From Clostridia bacterium (GTDB taxonomy: Bacteria > Bacillota > Clostridia > Christensenellales > UBA1242), in assembly GCA_045597505.1 (NCBI GenBank), contig JAZLKE010000034.1, positions 11,288 through 75,287 on the forward strand: a DNA stretch of 64,000 bases, read 5' to 3'. This document shows positions 1 through 9,399 of this stretch, in pieces (position 1 is the first letter of the stretch; each line of letters starts with the position of its first letter). The notes below the pieces were generated by a model. That model worked only from the letters and a program-made list of their open reading frames with translations. It was not told where the DNA came from and made no database searches. The position numbers were made by a program, and so were the translations under genes.

Positions 1-390
1 GATATTGTCTTTGCGGTGGTGTTGATGGTTGCACTGATTTTCCAAAATTGGTGGTGGACGTGTTTTGCAATTTTGATTTTATTGCAAATCAATTTCGACT
101 TCAAACAATCGGTTTATGTTGATAAATTTAATTACAGCGGTCGCCCCAAAACTGGACAATTCGTCCGATGCGCAGTCTTGTCCCATACAACTTTGTTTGG
201 TGCCTATCAAATGATTCACAAAAAACAGCCGACCGAATTTATCATAACCGACCGCAACAACTTTATCTTTTACGAATCAGACTTGGAACGCTGGCTTTTA
301 CAATTCCCTTTTAACACCAATTTAAGTCAGTGTGTAAAAATATCATTCGCAACCAACGCATCAAAGCTCAAAACCAAACTCGCGAAGTAA
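1..390 (+). CDS. C-terminal part of a hypothetical (membrane?) protein, open to the left window edge
   Basis: Frame 1 is open from nt 1 to TAA 388-390. It has a hydrophobic N-terminal stretch, is followed by a hairpin terminator, and belongs to no family I recognise. Confidence 0.4.
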   Translation, partial: DIVFAVVLMVALIFQNWWWTCFAILILLQINFDFKQSVYVDKFNYSGRPKTGQFVRCAVLSHTTLFGAYQMIHKKQPTEFIITDRNNFIFYESDLERWLLQFPFNTNLSQCVKISFATNASKLKTKLAK

Positions 391-395
391 GTAAA

Positions 396-430
396 CAAAA
401 AACTCAGGCGGATTGCCTGAGTTTTGTTTT
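396..430. terminator. Bidirectional rho-independent terminator
   Basis: Stem CTCAGGC (403-409) / GCCTGAG (415-421). It has an A-run upstream and a T-run (422-430) downstream, and sits between the converging CDS and tRNA. Confidence 0.7.
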
Positions 431-506
431 TGGTGGCGATGGCTGGAATCGAACCAGCGATACCCGGGGTATGAACTCGGTGCATTAGCCGCTGTGCTAC
501 ATCGCC
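431..506 (-). tRNA. tRNA with CAU anticodon (Met, or Ile2 if lysidinylated), CCA encoded
   Basis: The reverse complement reads GGCGATG TA GCAC..TGC..CCGAG TTCATAC CCCGG..GCTGG TTCGATT CCAGC CATCGCC A CCA. This gives a full cloverleaf with T-loop TTCGATT and anticodon loop TT-CAT-AC. Confidence 0.85.
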
Positions 507-554
507 GTATAGATACTATAACAAACTTCTGAAAATAAGGCAAGATATTTATGG

Positions 555-583
555 TTGCATTTTTTGACCGAATAGTGTATCAT
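555..583 (+). promoter_or_regulatory. Putative sigma70-type promoter of the rpsF-ssb-rpsR operon
   Basis: TTGCAT 555-560, 17-nt spacer, TATCAT 578-583. A leader of about 60 nt with small hairpins follows, ending in the AAAGGAGG Shine-Dalgarno. Confidence 0.4.
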
Positions 584-650
584 ATCAACGTATCTTTTTC
601 CTACGTTCACGACAGTGGCGTAGGCGTTAGACCATAAAAGGAGGTAAAAC

Positions 651-1028
651 ATGGAAAACAAGAAATCGTACGAATGTATGATTGTTGTGGACGCAAAAGT
701 CAATGAAGCGAAACGTGAAGAAATCATTGCCAAATTCAAAAAAATGGCTGGTGAACAAACTACCGTTGAAAAATTGGGTCAAAAGAAATATGGTTTCTAC
801 TATTTGTTAAACTTTGCCGCTGCTCCTGAAGTTCCGGCTAAGATGACCGCTTTGATGAACATTACCGAAGGTATTAATCGTCACTTGTTCGTGGCAAAGA
901 CCGACGTTATGTTGGCTCAAGACGTAATCCGCAAACAAAATCGTGCCAAAGCGCGTGAAGAATACTTGGCTAAGAAAGAAGCGCAAATGCGTGAAAAAGA
1001 AGCCAAAGAAGTAAAAGAAGGAGAATAA
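651..1028 (+). CDS. rpsF: 30S ribosomal protein S6 with a Lys/Glu-rich C-terminal tail
   Basis: Strong SD AAAGGAGG. It occupies the first position of the conserved rpsF-ssb-rpsR operon and has S6-like size and pattern. Confidence 0.85.
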   Translation: MENKKSYECMIVVDAKVNEAKREEIIAKFKKMAGEQTTVEKLGQKKYGFYYLLNFAAAPEVPAKMTALMNITEGINRHLFVAKTDVMLAQDVIRKQNRAKAREEYLAKKEAQMREKEAKEVKEGE

Positions 1029-1034
1029 TTTACC

Positions 1035-1430
1035 ATGAATAAAGTTTTTTTAATTGGTAATTTAACCCGTGATCCAGAATTGTCAACCGTTGGTTCATCT
1101 AATGCCAGCGTTTGCCGTTTTGCGATCGCTGTCAACCGTCGTGCTAATGGAAATCAAGAAACCGATTTCTACAACGTAACAGTATGGCGTGCTTTAGGTG
1201 AAAATTGCGCTAAGTTTTTGAAAAAAGGCAGCAAAGTCGCCATTAGTGGTGAAATCCAAATCCGCAACTACGAAGACAAAGAAGGCAATAAACGTGTCTC
1301 GGTTGATGTTGTTGCTGATGCTGTCGAATTCTTGGATCGCAGCAATCGTAGCGAAGGTGCTGGTCGTACCTATGACCAAACCAATAATGTTGAAATGAAG
1401 CCAATCGCTGATGATTCGTTGCCATTCTAA
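1035..1430 (+). CDS. ssb: Single-stranded DNA-binding protein (chromosomal)
   Basis: OB-fold N-terminus MNKVFLIGNLTRDPEL, and a C-terminal acidic tip ending in DDSLPF. Confidence 0.95.
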   Translation: MNKVFLIGNLTRDPELSTVGSSNASVCRFAIAVNRRANGNQETDFYNVTVWRALGENCAKFLKKGSKVAISGEIQIRNYEDKEGNKRVSVDVVADAVEFLDRSNRSEGAGRTYDQTNNVEMKPIADDSLPF

Positions 1431-1445
1431 TTAAAAGGAGAGATT

Positions 1446-1766
1446 ATGGGAGAAAATTTATCGACTCGCGAAGTTATTGAAGAATTAAGTCGTCAAGAAA
1501 ATAAAGCCAAAAAGAATGCTGGCGAAAACACCGAAGAACGCAAAGAAAAACGCGTTCCACGTCAAAAACGTCGTATTTGCCCGTTCTGTATGGAAAAAGA
1601 CGAAGCGAAACGCCCGTTGTATATTGATTACAAAGATCCACGCTTGAAGAAATACATTTCCGAAGGTGGCAAGATCTTCCCACGCCGTCAAACTGGTTTG
1701 TGTGCTGCTCACCAACGTGAATTGGCACGCGCTGTTAAAGTGGCAAAAAGCATGGGCTTGTTGTAA
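1446..1766 (+). CDS. rpsR: 30S ribosomal protein S18 with an N-terminal charged extension of about 40 aa
   Basis: Core [43 protein letters not shown] matches the S18 signature. Confidence 0.95.
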   Translation: MGENLSTREVIEELSRQENKAKKNAGENTEERKEKRVPRQKRRICPFCMEKDEAKRPLYIDYKDPRLKKYISEGGKIFPRRQTGLCAAHQRELARAVKVAKSMGLL

Positions 1767-1800
1767 TTACAACCTGACAATTCAATAACAGTCTAAAAAA

Positions 1801-1834
1801 ATAACGCATATATAAAACGGTGCGTTATTTTTTT
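1801..1834 (+). terminator. rpsR terminator hairpin that overlaps the murC start codon
   Basis: ATAACGCA 1801-1808 pairs with TGCGTTAT 1821-1828, with a 12-nt loop and T-run 1828-1834. The GTG at 1820 lies at the base of the 3' arm. Confidence 0.6.
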
Positions 1835-3157
1835 ATTGGAATTGGCGGTGTTTCTATGTCCGCACTTGCCAAGTTATTACATACGCAAGGGAAAAAGGTC
1901 GCTGGCAGCGATGCGGTCGCGTCCGCCAATACGCGGGAATTGTCCGCCTTGGGAATCCCAGTTTATCTTGGACATTCGGCGGAAAATTTGCAACACGAAC
2001 CCATAGATTATCTTGTAATTAACGGTGCCATTGCGGACGATAATCCAGAACTACTTTACGCCAAGCAACAAGGCATTAAAATTATTTATCGTGAAAACCT
2101 GTTAGCACAAATTGCGCGACATTATGAACGCGTGATTGCCATTGCAGGTTGTCACGGAAAAAGTTCGACTACCGCGATGATTGGTTCGATTTTTCAGGCG
2201 GGTGGTCGACAACCGACTGTGCATAACGGGGCGCAAGATAATTTGCATCTTGGTGGTAAGCAATGGTTTATTACCGAAGCTTGCGAATTCCGAAAAAGTT
2301 TTCTGAAATTAAAACCGCAAATTGCCGTCATTACTAATGTTGATGCTGACCACTTGGATTGCTATCGGGACTTGGACGAAATTAAACAGTGTTTCGCGCA
2401 ATTTGCCGCCCAAAGTGAAATTGTCATCAAAAACGCCGCCGACCCGAATAGTGTGCTTTTGTTCGGCAAACGGCAGACTGTAACTTTTGGCGTTCATTAT
2501 GGTGATGTTCATGCTAAAAACCTACAAACATTGCCATGTGGTGGACATAGTTTTGACATCGTGGTCAATCCGCGATTTTTTGGTGCAACTTACCAGTTAC
2601 CGCGCTTTACGGTTGCTGTACCAGGCTTGCATAACGTCGCAAACGCTTTAGCCGCGATTACCTGCGCTTTGGTGTGCCAAATTAACATTTTGTCGACACG
2701 TCAGGCTATTGCCCAATACAAAGGTATTGCACGGCGTTTTCAACACTTTTGTCGCATTGGACAAACACCAGTAATTTTGGATTATGCACATCACCCGCGC
2801 GAGATTGCAACCACAATTCAAACCGCACGAAATTTGTATCGTAAATATTTAATTGTTTTTCAACCGCATACTTACACACGCACAATTTCGCTGTGGAATG
2901 ATTTTATTAAGGTTTTGGGAAGTGTGTCCAATTTGGTAATTTATAAAACTTTTGCTGCCCGTGGTAAAACAATTGTGGGTGGTCGTGGTTTGGATTTAAG
3001 TCGCCACTTGAAAGTAAAATATCTGGCTACAACGGAAAAGTTGGGCGCGTACCTGTCTGAATATGCCAAAGAATATGACGCCATCATTTTGTGTGGGGCG
3101 GGTGACGTGGTCAGCGGTGAGTTTTTACGCCAAAGCAGTTTTGCGACATTTGATTGA
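1820..3157 (+). CDS. murC: UDP-N-acetylmuramate--L-alanine ligase (Mur ligase family)
   Basis: N-terminal [10 protein letters not shown] Rossmann motif, P-loop GCHGKSSTT, and MurC-like length of 445 aa. The GTG start is needed to retain the GxGxxG motif. Confidence 0.85.
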   Translation: MRYFFIGIGGVSMSALAKLLHTQGKKVAGSDAVASANTRELSALGIPVYLGHSAENLQHEPIDYLVINGAIADDNPELLYAKQQGIKIIYRENLLAQIARHYERVIAIAGCHGKSSTTAMIGSIFQAGGRQPTVHNGAQDNLHLGGKQWFITEACEFRKSFLKLKPQIAVITNVDADHLDCYRDLDEIKQCFAQFAAQSEIVIKNAADPNSVLLFGKRQTVTFGVHYGDVHAKNLQTLPCGGHSFDIVVNPRFFGATYQLPRFTVAVPGLHNVANALAAITCALVCQINILSTRQAIAQYKGIARRFQHFCRIGQTPVILDYAHHPREIATTIQTARNLYRKYLIVFQPHTYTRTISLWNDFIKVLGSVSNLVIYKTFAARGKTIVGGRGLDLSRHLKVKYLATTEKLGAYLSEYAKEYDAIILCGAGDVVSGEFLRQSSFATFD

Positions 3158-3182
3158 CAAGATTTAATTGTCATGGTAATAT
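3154..3182 (+). promoter_or_regulatory. Promoter of rpmE, apparently leaderless
   Basis: TTGACA 3154-3159, 17-nt spacer ending in TGg, TAATAT 3177-3182. The ATG lies only 7 nt downstream and there is no SD. Confidence 0.5.
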
Positions 3183-3189
3183 AGTCGTT

Positions 3190-3399
3190 ATGAAAGAAAA
3201 TATTCATCCTAATTATCACGAAGCCGAATTCGAATGTGCTTGCGGTAACAAATTCACCTGTGGAACTACTAAAGAAGGTGACGTCGTAAAAATTGATATT
3301 TGCTCCAAATGTCATCCATTTTATACTGGCAAACAAAAGATTGTTGATACTGCTGGTCGTGTTGACAAATTTAACAAACGCTACGCAAAATCAAAATGA
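3190..3399 (+). CDS. rpmE: 50S ribosomal protein L31 (Cys-containing type A)
   Basis: [29 protein letters not shown] signature. The ORF-track start at 3154 is an upstream in-frame extension. Confidence 0.9.
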   Translation: MKENIHPNYHEAEFECACGNKFTCGTTKEGDVVKIDICSKCHPFYTGKQKIVDTAGRVDKFNKRYAKSK

Positions 3400-4238
3400 A
3401 ATTAGCGCAACTAATTGCACAGACTGGGGAACACGAAGCGACTATTCAGGTTTTGTGTCATTTGTTAGAGGCTAAACGCACCAATGTTTTTTTAATCAAA
3501 GACATCAGTGAACCAATTGCGAAACAAGCGATAGAAATTGTGGAACAATACAAAAAAGGTACTCCTTTGGCGTATTTGCTGGGGAGTACCTATTTTTATA
3601 ATCGCAAATTTTTGGTTACGCCTAGTGTGTTGGTACCGCGTCATGATACCGAAGTTTTGGTTGAATTAGCCGAAAAGAAAATTATTGCAGATTCAATTAT
3701 TGGTTTTGAAAACAATTCGTACCATGTTTTGGATTTGTGTTGTGGCTCGGGAATTATTGGCATTTCTTTGGGTTATTTATGTGACTGGTTACATCAAAGT
3801 CATCACGATTTACGTTTTGAAATTACCGCCGCGGATTATAGCAACGATGCATTGGCAGTGGCAGTACAAAATGCTGGCTTACACCATGCGGATATCAATT
3901 TTGTCCATAGCGACTTGTTCGAAGATATTCATGGTAAATATGACTTGATTGTTTGTAATCCGCCGTATGTTCGTACCAGTGATATTGGCGTCGAAGACCC
4001 TTGGGTTTTGAAAGAACCGCACATGGCGTTGGATGGTGGCACCGATGGTTTGTATTTTTACCGTCGTATTTTAGCAGAAGCCAAAAAGTTTTTACGTCCA
4101 CATGGTATGATAATGTTTGAAATCGGCTACGACCAAGCCGCAGCGTTGGAACAAATTGCTTTGGAAAATCACTATCGCGCGGTAAAGGTTTATAAAGATT
4201 TGGCAAATCGTGACCGAGTGGTTACAATAAGGGTATAA
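3396..4238 (+). CDS. prmC: Release-factor glutamine N5-methyltransferase
   Basis: NPPY motif (CNPPYV) and SAM-binding motif [10 protein letters not shown]. It is adjacent to, and translationally coupled with, prfA. Confidence 0.85.
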   Translation: MKLAQLIAQTGEHEATIQVLCHLLEAKRTNVFLIKDISEPIAKQAIEIVEQYKKGTPLAYLLGSTYFYNRKFLVTPSVLVPRHDTEVLVELAEKKIIADSIIGFENNSYHVLDLCCGSGIIGISLGYLCDWLHQSHHDLRFEITAADYSNDALAVAVQNAGLHHADINFVHSDLFEDIHGKYDLIVCNPPYVRTSDIGVEDPWVLKEPHMALDGGTDGLYFYRRILAEAKKFLRPHGMIMFEIGYDQAAALEQIALENHYRAVKVYKDLANRDRVVTIRV

Positions 4239-5281
4239 TGTTTGAAGAAATAAGTGCTTTGGAAGAAAAATATGCGCAAATGCTGGAGCAATTAACTTTG
4301 CCCGAAGTTTTTAATGACTTCGCGCGCTATTCCCAAATTTCTAAAGAAGCTGCCAAATTGGCACCCGTAATTGAAGCTTATCGCAAATATCAAAAAATCA
4401 ATGCGGATATTTTGTCCGCTCAAAAAATTGATGACCCAGAACTGGCGGAACTGGCCAAAACCGAAATTGCCGAAAACCAAGTTTTATTGGCACAAACCGA
4501 ACAAGAACTGCGCTTGCTGTTGACACCAAAAGATGAACGCGACGAAGCTAACGTTATTATCGAAATTCGTCCAGCAGCTGGTGGCGACGAAGCCTGCTTG
4601 TTTGCAGCGGTGCTGTTACGTATGTACACTTTATATGCGAACGCCAACGATTTCACTGTGGAAATTACCGATATTGAAGAAAACGGTATCGGCGGTGTGA
4701 AAAATGTAACCTTTATGGTCAAGGGTGAGGGCGCGTATTCCAAGTTCAAATACGAAAGCGGTGTTCATCGTGTGCAACGTGTACCTGAAACTGAGTCCCA
4801 AGGTAGAATTCATACTTCAACTGCGACCGTAGCCGTTTTGCCCGAAGCCACAACAGTGGATTTCCAAATTGACGAAAAAGACTTACGCATTGACGTTTAT
4901 CGTGCTTCTGGCGCAGGTGGACAACACATTAACAAAACCGAAAGCGCGATTCGTATTACCCACATTCCGACCAATATGGTGGTTACGTGCCAAGACGGTC
5001 GCAGTCAGTTAGCCAACCGCGAAAAAGCCATGACGGTTTTGGTGTCTAAATTGGCGCATTATTACCAAAGTTTGGAAGATGAAAAATACGCGTCCGAACG
5101 CCACTCTCAAATTGGTACTGGGGACCGCAGCGAACGTATCCGTACTTATAACTACCCGCAAGGTCGCGTAACCGACCACCGCATTAACCGCACAGAATAC
5201 AACTTGACCAAATTTGTTGACGGCGAAATCGCCGACATGGTCGAGGCTTTGCGTCTCGCCGAATTAAAACAGCAGGCGTAA
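4238..5281 (+). CDS. prfA: Peptide chain release factor 1
   Basis: RVQRVPETESQGRIHTS (RF1-type tripeptide region) and the GGQ motif SGAGGQHINKTESAIRITHIPT. Confidence 0.95.
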   Translation: MFEEISALEEKYAQMLEQLTLPEVFNDFARYSQISKEAAKLAPVIEAYRKYQKINADILSAQKIDDPELAELAKTEIAENQVLLAQTEQELRLLLTPKDERDEANVIIEIRPAAGGDEACLFAAVLLRMYTLYANANDFTVEITDIEENGIGGVKNVTFMVKGEGAYSKFKYESGVHRVQRVPETESQGRIHTSTATVAVLPEATTVDFQIDEKDLRIDVYRASGAGGQHINKTESAIRITHIPTNMVVTCQDGRSQLANREKAMTVLVSKLAHYYQSLEDEKYASERHSQIGTGDRSERIRTYNYPQGRVTDHRINRTEYNLTKFVDGEIADMVEALRLAELKQQA

Positions 5282-5413
5282 TTTTACATTTGCAAAATAA
5301 TCGACTCTTTCAAAAATGGGTTGATTTTTTTTCAGTATGCTTGAATTAGATAGTTGCAAAAATTTTGTCCATAAAAGGATAAAAACCGAATGGAAATAAA
5401 TAAGAGAATAAAT

Positions 5414-5524
5414 ATGGTTATTCCAGAAATAACAAAAGAAAAACGCAAAATTAATATCGGCGAAATACCTCATGCTTCTTATGAAGCAACCCATGTTGGA
5501 TTAAAACGAACTCACGAAGGCTAA
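5414..5524 (+). CDS. Possible 36-aa small ORF (below the ORF-track cutoff)
   Basis: ATG 5414 to TAA 5522-5524, MVIPEITKEKRKINIGEIPHASYEATHVGLKRTHEG. There is no clear SD and no known family. Confidence 0.15.
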   Translation: MVIPEITKEKRKINIGEIPHASYEATHVGLKRTHEG

Positions 5525-5574
5525 AGAATTTTGTTACATGATTTGGATGGAAAACTTTTAACGCCAGTAAGGCT

Positions 5575-5712
5575 ATGGACCCAGATACTAAACAAGCTGT
5601 ATTAGCTGAAACTGAAAAACAAGGTGAAGACGATTTGTTAAATTCATTAAAATCGCAAGTTGAAAAAGAGGAACAACCAAAACAACAAGGCGACGATGGA
5701 ATGACCATGTAA
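5575..5712 (+). CDS. Possible 45-aa acidic small ORF
   Basis: ATG 5575 to TAA 5710-5712, MDPDTKQAVLAETEKQGEDDLLNSLKSQVEKEEQPKQQGDDGMTM. It ends immediately before a strong terminator. Confidence 0.25.
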   Translation: MDPDTKQAVLAETEKQGEDDLLNSLKSQVEKEEQPKQQGDDGMTM

Positions 5713-5713
5713 C

Positions 5714-5742
5714 AAAAAAGCCCAGAAGTCTGGGCTTTTTTA
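5714..5742. terminator. Bidirectional rho-independent terminator (small ORF region / nrdR)
   Basis: A-run, then GCCCAG AAGT CTGGGC (5720-5735), then T-run. Confidence 0.8.
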
Positions 5743-5760
5743 TTGTTCGTTTTAATTAAC

Positions 5761-6237
5761 TTAAATCTTCTTTGCCATTTCTTCTTCAAAGTTTTTGATA
5801 AAGTTGACAAAGGTGGAAACGTCTTTGAATTGGCGGTAGACGGCAGCAAAGCGGATGTATGCCACTTCGTCGACCTTTTTCAATTCTTCCATGACCATGT
5901 CGCCAATCACGCTGCTGGCGATTTCTTGTTGGTCGCCAATGGCGGTGTTAGCAATTTGCATTTCAATACTTTCCACAATGTTATCAATTTGTTTCATTGA
6001 AACAGGGCGTTTACCAGTTGCTGCAATAATGCTGTTTTTGATTTTTTGAGCGTCGAATGATTGGCGGCTGCCATCGCGCTTAATTACCAATAAAGATACG
6101 CGTTCGATGGTTTCGTAACTGGTAAAACGTTTACCGCATTTCAAACATTCACGACGACGGCGAATTGAATTGGAATTGTCGTTAGTACGACTGTCGACCA
6201 CTTTGTTATCGTGTGAACCGCAATTTGGACATCTCAT
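5761..6237 (-). CDS. nrdR: Transcriptional repressor NrdR
   Basis: MRCPNCGSHDNKVVDSR zinc ribbon plus ATP-cone; SD AAAGGAG upstream. Confidence 0.95.
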   Translation of the reverse strand: MRCPNCGSHDNKVVDSRTNDNSNSIRRRRECLKCGKRFTSYETIERVSLLVIKRDGSRQSFDAQKIKNSIIAATGKRPVSMKQIDNIVESIEMQIANTAIGDQQEIASSVIGDMVMEELKKVDEVAYIRFAAVYRQFKDVSTFVNFIKNFEEEMAKKI

Positions 6238-6276
6238 AATTTTAATACTCCTTTGTTCTTTGCTATCAACATTTTA

Positions 6277-6903
6277 TCATTTTTTCGTTTCGTATGACAA
6301 GCAACATTTTAAGCGTCCGCAAACACCGTTAATTTTTTCTGGCGTCAAAGAGATGTTTTGTTCTTTCGCCATCTTGATTGAAACTTCGGGGTAGTTGTGA
6401 CAAAAACGCTTACAGCAACATTCTTGTCCGCATGGTCCTAACGCGCCCAGCGCTTTAACTTCGTCGCGCGCGCCAACTTGGTGCAGTTCAATACGCGTAT
6501 GCAAAGCGCTGGCAAGGTTGCGTACCATTTCGCGGAAGTCCACGCGCTGTTCTGCCGAAAAGTCAATTACAACTTTGCTGGCATCAAAAGTGTAGTGCGC
6601 CGACATGATGCGCATATCCAACTTTAATTGTTCCGCCATAGCAATTGCTTTTTCTTTGGCGAATTCCGCCGACTTCAAAAGTAAGTTAATTTGGCTTTGG
6701 TCCTTAGATGTGGCACGGCGGAAAATTTGCGCATGGTTGGGTTCGTGTTTTTTCTTGTCCACACCTTCGTCCGCAACCACGCCCCATTCAGCGCCAGTTT
6801 CGGTTTCGACAATTACATATTCATTAGGTTTCAAGTCGGCAATTTCGCTGTCGAACTTGGTTGTTTGTGTTTGGTCAAAAACTCTTACATGATAAGTCTT
6901 CAT
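6277..6903 (-). CDS. PSP1 C-terminal domain protein (YaaT/RicT-like)
   Basis: Cys-rich C-terminus GPCGQECCCKRFC...CGRLKCCLSYE, typical of PSP1/YaaT. Confidence 0.8.
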   Translation of the reverse strand: MKTYHVRVFDQTQTTKFDSEIADLKPNEYVIVETETGAEWGVVADEGVDKKKHEPNHAQIFRRATSKDQSQINLLLKSAEFAKEKAIAMAEQLKLDMRIMSAHYTFDASKVVIDFSAEQRVDFREMVRNLASALHTRIELHQVGARDEVKALGALGPCGQECCCKRFCHNYPEVSIKMAKEQNISLTPEKINGVCGRLKCCLSYETKK

Positions 6904-6909
6904 GCACTA

Positions 6910-6918
6910 ATTATAACA
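6910..6918 (-). promoter_or_regulatory. Extended -10 (TGtTATAAT) 6 nt upstream of the PSP1-gene ATG
   Basis: The minus strand reads cagTGtTATAATtagtgcATG. The box overlaps the stop codon of the upstream gene, and there is no SD. Confidence 0.4.
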
Positions 6919-7582
6919 CTGCGCCGTAATCAATGCAAACGCAGTTTGGAAATAAAAACTCGATGCGTTCGACAACGTCAAGTTGCAAGGCGGGGTCGCT
7001 GTGGATAAAAATTTGGCGTGGCGCAACTTCAATTAAAGCGTTAATCAGGTCACTGTCATTTTGGGGCAGTGGTTGTAATTTTTTATCGCAAATCGTGGGT
7101 TGGCTGTCTATCACAATTACGTGGGCTTCCGCAATCCGATAATCCATGTTCAAAATTAAAAAACGCAACAATTCATTGAACATTACGCTTTGGGTCAACT
7201 GTACATAGTTTTCATTCACTAAGCCCACGACTTCGTCCCAACGGCATTTAAGCCGACCTAGCGTAAAATCGTAAATCGAATCTAACAAAATGATTGGTGA
7301 TAATTGAAACAGTGAACCCGCAATAACCGTATCCGATTTTTTGTCGTAATTGATTAAAACCTTAATTAAAGTTTGGTTCTTAATGCGAATTTTATTTTGC
7401 AAATAAAAGCCTTTCATCGTGGTGACAATTTGGTTGATGATGGTGTCAAACAATTGGTATTCATTCACGGTTGCGCCCAAAGTTAAGACATGGCGGTTTT
7501 CCACTTGTTTAATTTTACCGTGAAATTTTTGTGCCAAATGTTCCAGACACACAACGAAGCGTTCATCTGTAGAAATTTCCAT
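6911..7582 (-). CDS. Hypothetical protein (about 223 aa)
   Basis: Long ORF with a compositional look consistent with coding. On the minus strand, TAAACT (7594-7589) sits 6 nt before the second ATG (7582). No family recognised. Confidence 0.5.
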   Translation of the reverse strand: MEISTDERFVVCLEHLAQKFHGKIKQVENRHVLTLGATVNEYQLFDTIINQIVTTMKGFYLQNKIRIKNQTLIKVLINYDKKSDTVIAGSLFQLSPIILLDSIYDFTLGRLKCRWDEVVGLVNENYVQLTQSVMFNELLRFLILNMDYRIAEAHVIVIDSQPTICDKKLQPLPQNDSDLINALIEVAPRQIFIHSDPALQLDVVERIEFLFPNCVCIDYGAVL

Positions 7583-7627
7583 AACCATAGTTTATGTCAA
7601 AGGGTTGAATTTAATTATTTTTGCTAT

Positions 7628-7655
7628 TTGCATATTTTGTAATAAGTGATATACT
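7628..7655 (+). promoter_or_regulatory. Promoter of thrS, apparently leaderless; no room for a T-box
   Basis: TTGCAT 7628-7633, TGaTATACT 7647-7655, ATG at 7663 (7 nt downstream), no SD. Confidence 0.45.
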
Positions 7656-7662
7656 ATTTGCC

Positions 7663-9399
7663 ATGGATAAAATTTTAAATCATACGGCCGCACATGTCTT
7701 GGCGTATGCCGTAAAAAACATCTACCCAAATACTAAATTGGCGATTGGCCCAGCCACAGATTCGGGCTTCTATTATGACTTTGATTTCGCAACACCAATC
7801 AAAGATGAAGATTTGGTAAAAATTGAAGAAGAAATGGCGCGTATTATTAAGGAAGACTTTGCTGTCGTCCGTAAAGAAGTTACGCGCGCTGAAGCGTCAC
7901 GTATCATCAACAAAAACAAGGAAATTTACAAAGTTGAATTGTTGCATGATATTCCGCGTGGCGAAACGATTTCTATGTACACCATGGGTAATTTTACCGA
8001 CCTTTGTGCAGGTCCGCATGTTGACCATGTTGGCAAAATTAAAGCGTTCAAGTTGACCCAAATTACTGGTGCTTATTGGCGCGGTGACGAAAAGAACAAA
8101 ATGTTGACCCGTATCTACGGTGTGGCTTTTGCTAAAAAGAGCGAATTAGACGCTTACAATTTGTGGCAAGAAGAAGTTAAAAAACGCGACCACAACCGCA
8201 TTTGCCGTGAATTAGGTTATTACACTTCGTCCGAATTGGTAGGTCAAGGCTTGCCATTGTTTACCGCCGAAGGTGCAACCATTTTACGTATTATGCAACG
8301 TTTCGTGGAAGACGAAGAAATCCGCCGTGGTTATTTACACGTTAAAACTCCGTCTTTCGCAAAGAGTGATTTGTACAAAGTCAGTGGACATTGGCAACAT
8401 TATAAAGATTCAATGTTCTTAATCGGTGACGATGTGTTAAATGACAACGTGATGGCATTGCGCCCAATGACTTGCCCAATGCACATTTTGTTGTACCGTA
8501 GCGAATTGCGTTCTTATAAAGATTTGCCAATGCGTTTTGCCGAAACTGCTAAACAATTCCGTAACGAAAACAGCGGGGAAATGCACGGCTTAATTCGTTT
8601 GCGCGAATATACTTTGAGTGATGGTCACATTATCGTGCGTCCAGATCAAATCCAACAAGTCATCGACGAATGTATGGATTTGGTTAAATATATCCTTGGC
8701 GTGTTGAACATGGAAGACGACGTTTCCATTCGTTTGTCCAAATGGGATCCGAACAATAAAGAAAAATACATTGATTTGCCTGATGCTTGGGAATGGAGCC
8801 AAAACGAAATTCGCAACGCGTTAAAAAATCATAAATTGAAATTTACCGAAGCCGATGGTGAAGCCGCATTCTATGGACCCAAGATTGATATCCAAGCCAA
8901 GAACACTTATGGTAAAGAAGATACCTTGTTTACCATTCAGTTGGACTTCGCGTTGGCGGAACGTTTTGGTTTGACCTACATTGATGAAAACGGCAAAAAA
9001 GCTAAACCATATTTGATTCACCGTTCTTCAATTGGTTGCTATGAACGTACCTTGGCAATGTTGATTGAAAAGACTATGGGTGCTTTGCCAGTTTGGTTGT
9101 CACCAACCCAAGTTCGCGTTTTGAATATTACTAACGCGCAAGACGAATACTGCGAACAAATTAAACGCACTTTGATGGCGGCGGATATCCGTACAGCAAC
9201 TGATTTGCGTAACGAAAAAATTGGCTTGAAGATTCGCGAAGCCACCTTGAAAAAAATTCCGTACTGCTTAATCATCGGTGCGAAAGAACAAGAAGCGGGT
9301 AAGGTCGCGGTTCGTACGCGTGAAGGTCAAGACTTGGGACAAATGACCGTGGAAGAATTTATTGACATGGTTCAAAAACAAGTTAAGGAATTCAAATAA
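7663..9399 (+). CDS. thrS: Threonine--tRNA ligase lacking the N-terminal TGS domain
   Basis: It starts directly in the editing-domain motif HTAAHVLAYAV. It carries class II core motifs and a C-terminal anticodon-binding domain. The ORF-track TTG start at 7621 is unsupported. Confidence 0.93.
   Translation: MDKILNHTAAHVLAYAVKNIYPNTKLAIGPATDSGFYYDFDFATPIKDEDLVKIEEEMARIIKEDFAVVRKEVTRAEASRIINKNKEIYKVELLHDIPRGETISMYTMGNFTDLCAGPHVDHVGKIKAFKLTQITGAYWRGDEKNKMLTRIYGVAFAKKSELDAYNLWQEEVKKRDHNRICRELGYYTSSELVGQGLPLFTAEGATILRIMQRFVEDEEIRRGYLHVKTPSFAKSDLYKVSGHWQHYKDSMFLIGDDVLNDNVMALRPMTCPMHILLYRSELRSYKDLPMRFAETAKQFRNENSGEMHGLIRLREYTLSDGHIIVRPDQIQQVIDECMDLVKYILGVLNMEDDVSIRLSKWDPNNKEKYIDLPDAWEWSQNEIRNALKNHKLKFTEADGEAAFYGPKIDIQAKNTYGKEDTLFTIQLDFALAERFGLTYIDENGKKAKPYLIHRSSIGCYERTLAMLIEKTMGALPVWLSPTQVRVLNITNAQDEYCEQIKRTLMAADIRTATDLRNEKIGLKIREATLKKIPYCLIIGAKEQEAGKVAVRTREGQDLGQMTVEEFIDMVQKQVKEFK

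Noticed and set aside
408-415. Recurring octamer GGCGGATT (408, 19404, 27201) as a possible dispersed motif
   Set aside because: Three hits for an 8-mer in 128 kb of two-strand sequence is about the chance expectation, and the contexts differ.
361-543. 60-aa minus-strand ORF (and 15395-15640 minus) overlapping the tRNA genes
   Set aside because: Both coincide with clear tRNA cloverleaves (CAU and Phe), so the ORFs are incidental.
7589-7662. T-box or other riboswitch leader upstream of thrS (and upstream of ileS at 30036-30077)
   Set aside because: The gaps are 74 nt and 42 nt, mostly taken up by promoter elements. That is too short for a T-box, and no specifier or T-box sequence is visible.
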